A stretch of 64,000 nucleotides of DNA from a virus, in IMG/VR virus record IMGVR_UViG_3300044613_001897; one strand, 5' to 3'. The translations under genes and the position numbers were made by a program. Shown one piece after another: positions 1-12,012 of this stretch. The notes under the pieces were generated by a model. That model had not been told where the DNA came from, searched no databases, and was given only the letters and a program-made list of their open reading frames with translations. Each line of letters begins with the position of its first letter. The stretch's first letter is position 1.

Positions 1-510
1 GATTGATCAAGATGGAGTAATGGAACTTATTCATATTGAATGGGACTTTCTAGATTATAACGAGTTTCAAGAACATATTAAAACTTTAGAGACTATATTA
101 TTAGAGACTAACTGGAAAGAGTATGCTGGATATATAAAATCTATTCATAAAGAGATGATGCTAAATGGAGCAACCTCTGAACAAATAGGAGACTATAAGG
201 CAAAGTTATTCGGATTAACAGAGGCTATCAGAGTATTTAAAACTATATAGTATGACAGATATAAACTTTTTAAATACAATGATTGATACAGTATATAATA
301 TATTAGTATCAGAAACTTGCGAATGGCCATACGAATTAGAAATGAATGATAAACAAGAATTTGTTTCTAAAATGATTGAACATTACGCAAAAAAGGAGGA
401 TTATGAGAAATGTAGTAAACTACAATCTTTACTTAAAGATTTAAGTAGTTAATGAAATTTCTATAATTATAAATAGAAACTTATTTTTTAACAATTAAAA
501 CAAAAAGGTC

Positions 511-696
511 ATGGAAAAGTTACAAGAACTGTTCGACTCTTTGAAAGCTAATTGGACTGCATTTGAAGCAGAACACAATGCTTTTGTTGCTAAAGGCAAT
601 AAAGCAGCTGGTGGTCGTGCAAGAAAATCAATTCAAGCTTTGAAGAAAGACGTTACGGCGTATAAGCAAGAAAGTGTTGCATCTACTAAAGCGTAA
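511..696 (+). CDS. Histone H1-like (Hc1-family) small basic protein
   Basis: 61 aa with GNKAAGGRARK motif typical of Bacteroidota Hc1-like proteins. Confidence 0.75.
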   Translation: MEKLQELFDSLKANWTAFEAEHNAFVAKGNKAAGGRARKSIQALKKDVTAYKQESVASTKA

Positions 697-1023
697 TCAA
701 ACAATATAAGTGTCTATTGTACTGCTGAGAAGTAATATTATAGACACTTATTTTTTCTTAACTAAACAACTCTAAATGGATTCTGATAGTAATGATAGTA
801 AAGATAGGAAGAAAAATAATGGCACTCGGCCAATTAGAAAACAGAATGATGTTATATCTGATGATAGCAATGTTTCTGAATCCTTTGGGTTTCGACATTC
901 TATTTGCTATGACACTATCATTAACTGGATCATTACTGATTACGGATATTATTTTTTACTGCCTATCAGCATTCTTTTTTGGATTATTTTTGTATTCGCG
1001 CCATAATTATCATAAAAGATTAA

Positions 1024-1182
1024 ATGGCAAAGAAAAATAAAGACAGTGGTTCTGTAAGAGGTGGTTATCAAAGAAAGCCTAAAAAAAGAAGACCTGGGAT
1101 TCATTCTAAAAAACGAGTTTCTAAATTAAAAGCTTCAAAGCATTATAAGAAACTTAACAGAGGTCAAGGTAAAACAAAATAA
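1024..1182 (+). CDS. Small very basic protein (52 aa, not in ORF track)
   Basis: Translated by hand: MAKKNKDSGSVRGGYQRKPKKRRPGIHSKKRVSKLKASKHYKKLNRGQGKTK; fills the gap between neighbouring genes. Confidence 0.7.
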   Translation: MAKKNKDSGSVRGGYQRKPKKRRPGIHSKKRVSKLKASKHYKKLNRGQGKTK

Positions 1183-2218
1183 TTAAATCTAACAACTATG
1201 CCAGCACCTATATCAATATTTCTAAATACGGTAAAGAATTTTTATCCTGCAGACTTTATGAATTTTGTAAAAGGATACAAAAAGACAAGTCCTAATATTA
1301 AAGTAGTACAATCGAAAGATGATGATTTGTACTATGGGTTCTTTAAAGGTGATACTGAGGCGCAGTTCAAATATGATAAAGATGATTTGTCATTAATGAC
1401 CGATCTAACCAAGACTCAGGTATTTCAAATTGTAAGAAAAGCTTAAAATAATTTGGTTATTACAAAAATATTTTTTATATTTACAATAATATGGAAAATA
1501 TAGTAATAAGACAATACAAAAACTCTAACGGTACGTTCGATTATTGGTTATTCGATTCGCTATATTCGTTAATTAATCCAGTATCTACTTTTATAGATGT
1601 TAATAAAGATGAAAAGTCTATATTGAACGAATTCAAGAAAGGTTATAGCCCTAAAAAGATTAAGGTTAAAGAAACGACACCTACCGTACCTACAAAAACA
1701 ATCACAACACCTAATACAAAAGGTATAAAATCTACCAAAGAAAATTTAGAAAAAGTTTTTGATCAATTCTTTGGAAATTAGAAAAAAGTACTTATATTTA
1801 GTATAAATTAAAATTTTTTATTAACAAAACCCAATTAGTTATGTCAGCAGTACTAACAACATCGGCAGCATTTACAGCAGCCGCACAATTGGAGAACGAA
1901 AGATTAGTTCTCCGTAGACACATTTTTAACACATTCCAAAACCTAACGGACTTTTTGAAAGAGACGTATGGTGCAGATTTTGGATATGAAAGACGATATA
2001 CTTATATCGGACCAAGAGTAGCAAGAACCAAGTTCTTCGGTACAAAATGGAATGGAGATTCTGAAACAACTCAGAATATTCTTAACAGAATCAATACTCG
2101 CTATAAAGGTGTATTGAGTGCTAAAATGACAGGCACTAAGTCAAACTCACTTACAGTTTATTTAAACTCGTAATACCGACCTCAACAAACGCTATTTTTA
2201 CTACATGAACCAACCAGT

Positions 2219-2250
2219 GCCCGTGCATATTTATATGTGCGGGCTTTTTT
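2219..2250 (+). terminator. Intrinsic terminator
   Basis: GCCCGTGCATAT-loop-ATATGTGCGGGC followed by a T run. Confidence 0.75.
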
Positions 2251-2785
2251 AAACAATTAATTAACAAAATGAAAAAGGCCTTATTTATACTATTATTATT
2301 TACAGCATCTTGCAACTCTAAGAAAGGTATCATAACAGAGATTAAACAAACATCTGATACTTGTAATTGTATTTATGTTGCAAGTGTATTAGATATCACT
2401 CAACCTATGATGGTAGGTATTGATAGATGTGGTAAATATAAATTAAATGATACTGTCCTTATCGATTCATTAAAATAAAACAAAAATATGTTAACAAATC
2501 TATTAATCGCAATATTTTGTACTATTATATTATGCTCGTTTGTGTATGCAATACAAAATGCAGCTAAATCTGTAAAATATTATGATCCTAAGTATAATGA
2601 AGAAATGTTTAAGGAGTTATACGCAGAGCCTACAGATCTAAATGAATTTTTAAATAAAACGGAACCGGAGGATATTGAATTTACTATTGAAACAAAGAAG
2701 AAGTCTTCTAAAAAGAAGTCACCTAAAAAGTCAACAGCTAAAATGGAATCTGGTAAAAATCCTAAATCACCAAAAAAGAAATCAA

Positions 2786-3556
2786 ATGAATGATACTAAA
2801 TTAGCAATATCATCGATATTCGTTGTATTAATGGTTCTAGTTATTATACTATCATTATCTACTTGTAATGAATATAATAAGGCTAAAGAATCTAGTAATC
2901 TATTGTACTCGTTAACCGATTCACTAGAAACTTTCAGAAACAAAGATAGCCAACACGTAGCTAAGATTTCTATATTAGAAACTAGTTCAGTTAAAGATTT
3001 CTTAGCATTACAATCTAAGGACTCTGTTATACAAAAACTACAAGCCACTGTTAAACACAATAAGTCTAAATTAGGAAAAGACGGGTCGGTTACTGTAATA
3101 TCCGGCACCACACAAGTTGATGGTGCAACAACTACTACAGTTACTGATGGTACTAGTGTTACTAAAGGAGATACTGTATATCTATATCCTAAATATGACT
3201 TTACTATTAACCAATTCGGTAAATGGGTAACAGGTAATGGTTCTAGCACTAAAGATAGTACTAGATTGAATATTAAGGTTGATAATGATTATACAGTACT
3301 ATTGGGCTATGAAAAACGAAAAGTGCCTGGTAAACTATTACCTAAGACTGTGCCATATGTAGAAGTTACTAATGAGAATCCTTATACAGAGACTAAATCT
3401 ATGCGTAGCTATAAAGTTAGCGCACCTAAACAAAAGAACTTTGGTGTAATGGTTGGGGTAGGATATGGTGGATACTTCGATCCTAGCAGGTTGCGAGTAG
3501 GCCATGGTATCCAAGGCTCTGTTATATTAGGTTATCAAATTATTCCTATAAAATAA
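2786..3556 (+). CDS. Membrane-anchored envelope protein, possibly spanin-like
   Basis: N-terminal TM helix (likely ATG at 2786), coiled segment, C-terminal amphipathic beta strands (FGVMVGVGYG...LGYQII). Confidence 0.4.
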   Translation: MNDTKLAISSIFVVLMVLVIILSLSTCNEYNKAKESSNLLYSLTDSLETFRNKDSQHVAKISILETSSVKDFLALQSKDSVIQKLQATVKHNKSKLGKDGSVTVISGTTQVDGATTTTVTDGTSVTKGDTVYLYPKYDFTINQFGKWVTGNGSSTKDSTRLNIKVDNDYTVLLGYEKRKVPGKLLPKTVPYVEVTNENPYTETKSMRSYKVSAPKQKNFGVMVGVGYGGYFDPSRLRVGHGIQGSVILGYQIIPIK

Positions 3557-4464
3557 ATTTATGTCAGTAAAACAAAAATTATCGGATTGGTGGAAATATG
3601 ATTCCATAATACATCATTTTTTAGTAACTTGTTTTGTAGACCCGTATTACGAAACTAAACAAGGTATAAAGAATATAATCAAGTGGTTTCCAATTATTTG
3701 GAAAGATAGAGACTACGACCATGACTATATTTATAATGTGTTGTTATTTAAACTTAAAAAGCAACGAGACTATATAGCAAAACGAGAATGGCATAAAGAA
3801 ACCGTTAACGAGATGAACTTTGTTATTTCTGAACTAGAAAAATCTAGAGAAGATTATAGTTCTGAGACAATAAAGGGACATGAAGCAAAATGGGGCGAGT
3901 TTACATATGAATTCATAGAATCTGAATTTGCTAACTGCAGTGAACTTATCGACACTAGAAAGAAATATATGACTGAGGCTGAATATGCAGACATGCAAGA
4001 AGACTTTCGTAATAGAATTCGATTATCTCGCATTAAATATGATAGAGACAGAATAAATGCATTTACTTTATTAGGTAAACATATACCTAATTGGTGGGAC
4101 TAAATTAACTTATAATGTATACAATACTAGAAATTAGGACAAATACAGATGCGTCTACAAGAGACTTATCTTTTGGTACATTTGATGTACTTACAGAATC
4201 GAGTAGCTGTAATGAAGATAAATGGATATCAGTTCCCCACGAATTATTTTTTGCTCATAGAATGGAATGTGATAAACAATTATTTGATTATATAGAAAAA
4301 AGAGACTTTCCAACGTGGGAGGCAACTATAGATGATTTAGAGTCTATTGGATATTCATTTAAAGCAGCTATGTTAGATTATATTAATGAATATGTTCCAG
4401 AAAACTTTTTTAATATTATGCCTACATATGATCCTGATTTTGATTTAAACTATACTAAACATAT

Positions 4465-5046
4465 ATGAATATAAAACGAGGACGTGGCCAACCTAAACTA
4501 AACTTATCTGAAGCCCAAATTAGATATGCTATGGCCAATACAACCTCTAATCTAAAGGCTGCTGAATGGCTACGAGTAGATATATTCACGTATAAAAAGT
4601 ATGCTAAATTATATATAGATCCGGATACTGGTAAGAATCTATATGATTTACATTTAAGCGAACAAGCAAGAAAAGCATATTATACTAGATTAAACCCGCC
4701 TGATCCTACCTTGAAATCAACTAAGATGTCTAGACTACAAGTTACGGCACCATTAGATGATATATTTGCTGGTAAACATCCTAATTATAGTAGAAAGAAA
4801 CTTATCAATCGAATGATAAAGGAGGGGATGATAGCTGAATGCTGTGATAACTGCGGGTATTCTACCAAACGAGAGTTTGATTTCAAGATTCCATTAAAAC
4901 TTTGGTATCGAGATAATGATACAAAGAATTTAGCGAAAGATAATATTAGATTATTGTGTTTCAACTGCTTTTACTTATTAGCATTTGCAGTATATCCTGA
5001 CTTGCAGGATTTGCATAAAGTAAATATTCTTAAAAGAAGTTACTAA
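4465..5046 (+). CDS. HTH plus degenerate HNH/Zn-binding protein
   Basis: N-terminal HTH-like segment; CDNC...LLCFNC pattern of HNH-type Zn fingers. Confidence 0.5.
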   Translation: MNIKRGRGQPKLNLSEAQIRYAMANTTSNLKAAEWLRVDIFTYKKYAKLYIDPDTGKNLYDLHLSEQARKAYYTRLNPPDPTLKSTKMSRLQVTAPLDDIFAGKHPNYSRKKLINRMIKEGMIAECCDNCGYSTKREFDFKIPLKLWYRDNDTKNLAKDNIRLLCFNCFYLLAFAVYPDLQDLHKVNILKRSY

Positions 5047-5098
5047 ATAATTTGGTTTTTTGAAATATTTTATCTATCTTTAAGTATAAATAAAAAAT

Positions 5099-6394
5099 AT
5101 GCTAAAAGAGTTTCAACTATTACAACAATTTATAACCGAAGTAAATGAGTCTAACCAAACGACTCATAAATTAGCCGTTCTCAAACGGTATGCTGATAAT
5201 GAGTTTATACAAAAGGTGTTACATTATACATATAATCCATTATTTCAGTACTATGTAACGCCTGAAACTTTAGAAAAAAATTACGAAGAAGACTTAGGTA
5301 CATTGTATCAGTTTTCCAATTTATTTGAAATGCTTGATTGTCTTCGTAGCAGAGAAGTTACAGGACATAAGGCTATCAATTCTGTGAATGACTTCTGCTA
5401 TCAATATGAAGAGTCTAAAGATTTAATCTATAAAATTATCGGTAAAGATTTAGAGATTCGAATGGGCGATACTTTGATTAATAAAGTTATTCCAAACCTT
5501 ATCCCTACATTTGATGTCGCATTAGCTACACCGTTTGAAGATGTGAATCCTGATTTAAACAAATCTGCTTATTTTGCCTCTAGAAAAATGGATGGGGTCA
5601 GGTGTCTTGCTATCATAGATGATAAGGGCAAGTGTACCCTATGGAGCAGACAGGGTAAGCAATTCGACACATTGCAGCTAATAGTTAATGACATTGAATC
5701 GTTAGGTCTAAAATCGATAGTTTTAGATGGTGAAATTTGTTTAGCCACAAAAGATGGAGCAGATGATTTTCAGTCGGTAATGAAGGAGATCAGAAGAAAG
5801 AATCATACCATTCAGAATCCTAAGTTTCTGATGTTTGATTGTATAGATTTAGCAGATTTTTCTGCCAAGAAAGGTAATAAACCTTTACTAGAACGATTGG
5901 AGCAACTACAATCCATTATACCTGATTCGTACGAGAGGTTGAGTATATTAGAACAAAACATTATAAAAGATTATTCACAGTTAGAGGAACTATTGAATGA
6001 TGCTAATTCAAAAGGTTGGGAGGGTCTAATACTCAGAAATAACGTAGGTTATGAAGGTAAACGAAGCAAAAATATGCTGAAATGTAAAACTTTCCAAGAC
6101 TCAGAGTATGTAGTCACTGGTATTGAATATGGTCCGTTTAGAATTATAGAGAATGGTATTGAAAAGACTATTGATACAGTATCGAACATTAAGATAAAAC
6201 ATAAAGGTTCTGATGTATCAGTTGGTAGTGGCTTTTCATTAGAACAAAGAATGGATTATTTTGAAAATCCTGAATCAATATTAGGTAAAACTATAACGGT
6301 TAAATATTTCCAGGAGACTATTAATAAAGATGGTAAGTATAGTTTACGTTTTCCGACATTAAAACATGTATACGAAAATGGAAGAACCGTTTAA
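5099..6394 (+). CDS. lig: ATP-dependent DNA ligase
   Basis: KMDGVR motif I, LDGE, EGLILR, VGSGF, SLRFP. Confidence 0.95.
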   Translation: MLKEFQLLQQFITEVNESNQTTHKLAVLKRYADNEFIQKVLHYTYNPLFQYYVTPETLEKNYEEDLGTLYQFSNLFEMLDCLRSREVTGHKAINSVNDFCYQYEESKDLIYKIIGKDLEIRMGDTLINKVIPNLIPTFDVALATPFEDVNPDLNKSAYFASRKMDGVRCLAIIDDKGKCTLWSRQGKQFDTLQLIVNDIESLGLKSIVLDGEICLATKDGADDFQSVMKEIRRKNHTIQNPKFLMFDCIDLADFSAKKGNKPLLERLEQLQSIIPDSYERLSILEQNIIKDYSQLEELLNDANSKGWEGLILRNNVGYEGKRSKNMLKCKTFQDSEYVVTGIEYGPFRIIENGIEKTIDTVSNIKIKHKGSDVSVGSGFSLEQRMDYFENPESILGKTITVKYFQETINKDGKYSLRFPTLKHVYENGRTV

Positions 6395-6965
6395 ATTGCT
6401 AGTTAATATTTATAATAAACGGTATGGCACAAACACTATATTCACATCAAATAGCATTAACTGAATCAGTAAAAAAGCTACAAGAAATTGGGCAACGAGT
6501 TTCACCGTACACAACCAACTTTAATTGGAATCAAAGATCTAATGGACAAGTTGCTGTTGAATTTGATGATGAACAAGATAATACTATATCAGTATATTTT
6601 CATCCTGTAGATATCAAGTATGGTATATATGAAATAGAATTCAACGTAAACAGATATAGTAGTAAAGCATTTAAAACGAGTACTACACACTTCTTTAAAA
6701 TAATATCTACTGTAGTTGAGGTTGTTGAACAATTCATCGAAAAGTATAAACCGTTTCAATTGAATATAGAACCTGATGAATTGGTTGGAAAGTCCGGTCA
6801 AAAGTATCGTATATGGATGGAATATTTGAAAGCTAACATAAAAGATCAAGGTTACATACTAGGTAAAACACCGAACGGATTTACTATACAAATACGAAAG
6901 AATTTACCTAATAATTAATTTGGTTTTATCATTATTTTTCATTATGTTTATGTAAATTAAAAGAT

Positions 6966-7379
6966 ATGCGAATCTATTTAGATGATGTAAGAACTCCGAT
7001 TGATCCTGATTGGATAGTTGTAAGAAACTTTGATGAATTTGTTGCTAAAGTTACTGAGGTTGGTCTTGAGAATATAGAAGTAATTTCTTTAGACCATGAT
7101 TTAGGTGATAGTGCAATGAAAGAATGGTATAATAACGTATCAGTAAATTATCAATTGGATTATTCGAACATTACTGAGAAGACAGGATATGATTGTGCTA
7201 AATGGTTGGTTGAACAATGGATGAATGGTGCTCCTGTAGTTACTGTTTATACACATTCTGCTAATGCGATAGGTGCCGGAAATATCTGCGGGTACATCAA
7301 CAATTATAAACATATTACTAGATTGCCACAAGACTGCATTAGAGTAAAAATTGAACACACAATACTAGAAAATTTTTAA
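6966..7379 (+). CDS. Cyclic-phosphate-processing receiver-like domain protein
   Basis: IYLDDVR, ISLDHDLG, TGYDCAKWL, HSAN motifs. Confidence 0.75.
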   Translation: MRIYLDDVRTPIDPDWIVVRNFDEFVAKVTEVGLENIEVISLDHDLGDSAMKEWYNNVSVNYQLDYSNITEKTGYDCAKWLVEQWMNGAPVVTVYTHSANAIGAGNICGYINNYKHITRLPQDCIRVKIEHTILENF

Positions 7380-8472
7380 TTATGTCATACAGTAGATTCG
7401 GTTCATCAGTTTGGTACACATTTTGGTCATCAGCATTCGAGTCTGAAACCAGATTGCAATTACCAACCAAAAAATTAAAAAATCAACAGGTGTTTGAAAT
7501 CTGTGATTTTCCATCTTATTATATTACGTATGGTGAGATAAAGAGAAACGGTATAACCAAGATTATACATGAAGTGCGTGAGTTCTATTCAAAAGAACAT
7601 GAAAAAGAAGGTCCTAGTTTTTTAGATAAAGACTCTTTAGGTTCTTTTGTTGAAGTAACATATTCACCAAAGAATCCTAGTATAAAAGAACTACAGGAAC
7701 TGGAAACGTACTTGTATGCATTTGTGGATGATGTCGATACTCATTTTGAATTATTCAATTTCTTTTATTATGAATGGTATATTACTATTCGAAACAGAAT
7801 TTCATGGTGGTATAGAGATAACATTAAGAATAAATTATGGCCGAAGTAAGATATGATATAAAATTATTTAAGTATGATAAAGATCAAAGGATACTGAGTG
7901 CTAATGCTAATGACTTACATGTACCTGGATATATTCCTGCATTTCCTAATAATAGGAAACAATTCTTTATTGAAAATACTAAAACCAAAGGATTTAGAAG
8001 ATTTAGATTAATATCAGAAAATTCTAGTATGTGGATATTCAATAGTGAGGATGATATACTATGCTTTATTATAAAACCTGAACAAATAAAATTATGACAA
8101 AAGACAGAATACAAATTAACGGAGTTTGGTATGTTAAAGAAACTATCAACGAAGAGCCAATAGAACTCGATGTAGTAGACTTTATTGGTTGTTCTTATGA
8201 AACAAGCGATTATGTTTGGGAAGCCACTAAAATTTACAAAAGTTTAGCAAGTGATATATTGTATGATGGTGTAGATATAAAATTTACTGATAAGACAGTA
8301 ACCCCTTGGAAAGAAGATCATTGGGATAACAATACGTGGATTTTAGGTATATACAAGAATAACCCAGAATCTATGCCCGATGCTGAAGAGTCTATGAATA
8401 CAGAAGGTATCAGACATTTCAGAGCATTTATTGGGAAATTAATTGATAGAGAATGGTTAAATACAAATAATA

Positions 8473-9771
8473 ATGAATAATAATTTAGACCAACAATATA
8501 TAGCACTACTTCAAGACATTCTTGATAATGGTACTAAAAAACAAACAAGAAATGGTGACACCATATCTGTATTCGGTAGACAGATAAGACATTCTATGAA
8601 AGATGGCTTTCCACTCTTAACTACGAAGAAGATTCATTTCAAATCAGTTGTAAGCGAGTTGCTTTGGTTTTTACAGGGTAGAACTGATTTAAGATGGTTA
8701 CTAGAGCAAGGAAACACTATTTGGGTAGGTGATTGCTACCAAGCATATTTGAAAAGTAGAGAAAAGATTCAACAAGAATACAAAGAAAAATGGGGTGATG
8801 AAATATCAAATAACCCTCTTACACAAGAAGAATTCATCAACAAAATAAAAACAGATGATGAGTTTGCTAAGAAGTGGGGAAGTCTCGGAAAGGTATACGG
8901 ACATCAATGGAGAAGATGGACAAACTATACTGGTGATGAAATTAATGAAGGTACTTATGAAATGACCAATGAACCAATTGACCAAATATCTGAATTGATT
9001 AGACAATTGAAAGATAATCCTGATTCACGTAGGTTACTTATATCGGCTTGGAATCCAGCAGAAGTTGATGATTGTGTTTTACCACCTTGTCATTATGGAT
9101 TTCAAGTTTATACGAGAGAGTTGAGTCGACTTGAAAGAATACAATTAAGACTTAAAGCTGGGTGGAAACCTAAAGGATATATTGAAAATTTTGAACATGA
9201 GGATTTGAATGGATGGAATATACCAACTAGAGCAATCTCTTTAATGTGGAATCAACGTTCAGTAGATACGTTCCTTGGTTTACCTTTCAATATTGCTTCT
9301 TATGGTCTTTTATTAGAATTAATAGCTAAAGCAGTAAACATGGTTCCTGACCAATTAATAGGAAACTTAGGTGATGTGCACCTTTATAGTAACCATATTG
9401 AGCAAGCAAAAGAACAGATTGGTAGAGACCTAACTTTAGATGAAAGAATTGAACTTGCATCTTCAGATATACATTTTGACCCAGGTGATTTTGGTATTGG
9501 GTTGACTATAACTGAAGAACATTGTCATAAAGTATGTGATGAATATGGTGTACCTCGAAGAACAAGACAACCATATACATTACCAACCTTAAACATTAAC
9601 ACTGAGTTTTGGTCTTATGAAGGAGGAGAATGCGGTGAGGGACCTTTAGATGCTATAGCTGTATTTAATTCATTTAAAGATGTGAACTTTTGTAAATGTT
9701 TATTAGAAGAGGATATACAATTAGGTAATTATCAATCACACCCAGCAATTAAAGCACCTTTATCAAATTGA
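8473..9771 (+). CDS. thyA: Thymidylate synthase (with insertions)
   Basis: FPLLTTKK, ELLWF, DSRRL..SAWN, LPPCH, QRSVDTFLGLPFNIASY, HLYSNH. Confidence 0.97.
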   Translation: MNNNLDQQYIALLQDILDNGTKKQTRNGDTISVFGRQIRHSMKDGFPLLTTKKIHFKSVVSELLWFLQGRTDLRWLLEQGNTIWVGDCYQAYLKSREKIQQEYKEKWGDEISNNPLTQEEFINKIKTDDEFAKKWGSLGKVYGHQWRRWTNYTGDEINEGTYEMTNEPIDQISELIRQLKDNPDSRRLLISAWNPAEVDDCVLPPCHYGFQVYTRELSRLERIQLRLKAGWKPKGYIENFEHEDLNGWNIPTRAISLMWNQRSVDTFLGLPFNIASYGLLLELIAKAVNMVPDQLIGNLGDVHLYSNHIEQAKEQIGRDLTLDERIELASSDIHFDPGDFGIGLTITEEHCHKVCDEYGVPRRTRQPYTLPTLNINTEFWSYEGGECGEGPLDAIAVFNSFKDVNFCKCLLEEDIQLGNYQSHPAIKAPLSN

Positions 9772-10409
9772 TTGATATTTATTAATTATGCGAACATTAA
9801 CAATATTAGCTACAGAAATCTATCAAAAATTAGGAAAACAATACCCTAATTTAACAGAACGTAAGAAGGCTACTAAACAACATATACTAACAGAAATTTC
9901 ACAATGGGCTATAAAAAAAGGCACATTTAATGATGTTATAGCATTCACGCCGGTTGAATTTAAAGGTACTGCAGATAGCAGCCCATTTGAAGTAAGATTG
10001 GCTTATGATATTGATGATAACTTTTGGGAATTAAAATTTGGAGACTTAAATGCATCTACTCCCGAAGAACAATTTAAGTGGAATGATAAAGATCCATATA
10101 GATTACAAAAGGCGCTATTTCTTCAAACCGTACTAACTAAGGAAATATTACCGTTTATAAAAACTACAAATAGCGAAGGTATAAAATTTCAGCCATATGA
10201 TGGTGATGGATTAGAAGATGAAAGATTAAGTTATTTTCAAAATATGTTTAAAAAATTAAATAAGAATGATTTTGATTTTTCTAAAGGTTATTTAGAAGAG
10301 GATGATACTTGGTATATAACTAAAAAAGTATAATTAATTTAAAATTAAAGTAAACAAATTATTTGGTTTTTTGACAAATTATACTTAGCTTTAAGTATAA
10401 TTAAAAGTT

Positions 10410-11000
10410 ATGATAAAATATTGTAAATCTTGCAATAGTACTATACCAAACGAAAGGTTACGATTATTACCAAACGCTATTCATTGTGTAAACTGCTCTA
10501 CTGTAGATAAAGTATCTGCAATACCTATTATACATCATAAGACAGGTAACGAAATTCAGATAGTTGCTGATCCTGAAGTAGCTGCCGAGTTTCATAGATT
10601 ATCTTCTAGAGTAGGATTTGGCACATTGCGCGGATTAAAAGCTGGTAAGTCTGGTGGCACTGATGTGCGGCAGGTTATAAACAAAACTAAACCTAGAACT
10701 AATGTATTTATTCCTATGGCCGATGAAGAGACTTTCAATAAGTTAGATAAAAAGGTTATGGATGCTTATGATTTACTAGGTAAAGATAGAGCTATGCGGA
10801 TTATACAAGAAGCCGTAACTACTAGATTAGTATCAGAAGGTCAAGGCATTAAACTTAAAAAGATTATAGATGCTCTTTCAGATAATCAAACATTTACAGT
10901 TGGTGTAGAGAAAGAATCTTATGTACCAAAAAATATTAAACAAGATGCTGTTGTATCTAATGATATATCTTATGTATTTAAACATTGGAAAAGAAATTAA
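10410..11000 (+). CDS. TraR/DksA-like C4 zinc-finger protein
   Basis: CKSC..IPNERLRLLP..HCVNC at the N-terminus. Confidence 0.7.
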   Translation: MIKYCKSCNSTIPNERLRLLPNAIHCVNCSTVDKVSAIPIIHHKTGNEIQIVADPEVAAEFHRLSSRVGFGTLRGLKAGKSGGTDVRQVINKTKPRTNVFIPMADEETFNKLDKKVMDAYDLLGKDRAMRIIQEAVTTRLVSEGQGIKLKKIIDALSDNQTFTVGVEKESYVPKNIKQDAVVSNDISYVFKHWKRN

Positions 11001-11002
11001 TA

Positions 11003-11191
11003 ATGTGTGGAGATAACTTAAAAAAGATTCTAAAAGAATATTATGCGGTTTATGAAAAAGAACCAAGACACCAAAACGAGAAAAATGGTGTAATATTAGC
11101 ACACTATAATACAAAAGAAGAAGCTGAAAAGGCGAGAGTTAAATATGGATATGATAATGATAACTATTATGTAGATAAACTCATATATTAA
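11003..11191 (+). CDS. Hypothetical protein; probable distal relic cassette gene
   Basis: ATG at 11003; followed directly by the TAAC box of the first hairpin site; no upstream hairpin site seen. Confidence 0.5.
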   Translation: MCGDNLKKILKEYYAVYEKEPRHQNEKNGVILAHYNTKEEAEKARVKYGYDNDNYYVDKLIY

Positions 11192-11201
11192 TTTTTATTG
11201 A

Positions 11202-11255
11202 ATATAACGTCCGATGATAAACAATCGTTTTAATGTTGTTTATCATTTGTTATGT
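11202..11255. repeat. attC-like hairpin site 1 (short class, 54 bp)
   Basis: ATATAAC gtccg ATGATAAACAA tcgttttaatg TTGTTTATCAT tt GTTATGT. Confidence 0.85.
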
Positions 11256-11294
11256 TCAGTTTTTATTTGTATTTTTGTAAAAAATTAGAATGTT

Positions 11295-11594
11295 ATGGTA
11301 ATAAAATGTAAAAAATGGGTATTATTTAATATATTGAAGGTTAAAGCACATTTTTTAAGACTCAAACACTTTATAATAACAGGAAAAGATATTGAAAAAC
11401 TCCCATCACCCCAAGAAGGTTATTGTAGAGCTTATTTTTTTGAAATAGAAGGTGATTCATATGTATTGAAACATCACGAAATACCACTTTTTTTAATAGA
11501 AAAGTTCTACGAAGACTTCAATAATAAAAATGGTAAGTTAATGGGTTTGAAAAGGGAAGAAGTTGTTAGGTGGGTTTTAGAAAATAAAAATTGA
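11295..11594 (+). CDS. Cassette 1 gene, hypothetical
   Basis: Single ORF between hairpin sites; its stop lies in the terminal inverted repeat. Confidence 0.75.
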   Translation: MVIKCKKWVLFNILKVKAHFLRLKHFIITGKDIEKLPSPQEGYCRAYFFEIEGDSYVLKHHEIPLFLIEKFYEDFNNKNGKLMGLKREEVVRWVLENKN

Positions 11595-11635
11595 ATATAA
11601 CGGTTGAGGATATAAAATCGTTTTAATGTTTTATA
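11595..11635. repeat. Truncated short-class site fused to site 3
   Basis: ATATAAC ggttg AGGATATAAAA tcgttttaatg TTTTATA runs directly into TTATAAC of the next site. Confidence 0.75.
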
Positions 11636-11752
11636 ACGTTTTGCAGATATACGCAGTTCTAATGAAAAATTAAATAGATATGGAAAACTTAAATGATACA
11701 AACAAACCTTCGAATAACGCAGAACAAGAATTGCGTATATCTGATGTTATAG
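11631..11752. repeat. attC-like hairpin site 3 (long class, 122 bp)
   Basis: ATAAC..CAGATATACGCAgTTCT ... AGAAtTGCGTATATCTG at GTTAT. Confidence 0.85.
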
Positions 11753-11907
11753 GTAGTAAAAAAATCGAATTAACTACTGATGAATTACTTAATTTATTAA
11801 AGGAAGCATATAGAAATGGTTATGCTACCTATGAAATGGCTGATGCTGGATTAGAGCCATACGATGCTGATGGATATGCAAGATGGGTTTTATTAGGTTT
11901 GGACTAA
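11680..11907 (+). CDS. Cassette 2 gene, hypothetical; starts inside the hairpin loop
   Basis: N-terminal ...QELRISDVIGS is encoded by the right arm of site 3. Confidence 0.75.
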   Translation: MENLNDTNKPSNNAEQELRISDVIGSKKIELTTDELLNLLKEAYRNGYATYEMADAGLEPYDADGYARWVLLGLD

Positions 11908-11919
11908 AATTTTTATTAC

Positions 11920-11973
11920 TCATAACGGTTGAGTGTAAAAAATCGTTTTAATGTTTTTTACACTTTGTTATAA
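11920..11973. repeat. attC-like hairpin site 4 (short class, 54 bp)
   Basis: TCATAAC ggttg AGTGTAAAAAA tcgttttaatg TTTTTTACACT tt GTTATAA. Confidence 0.85.
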
Positions 11974-12012
11974 GTATGTATTATTTTTGTTTTACCTTAT
12001 AAAAAAGAAACT

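Noticed and set aside
8473-9771. Intein or intron in thyA
   Set aside because: The insertions are short, in frame and lack intein splice motifs
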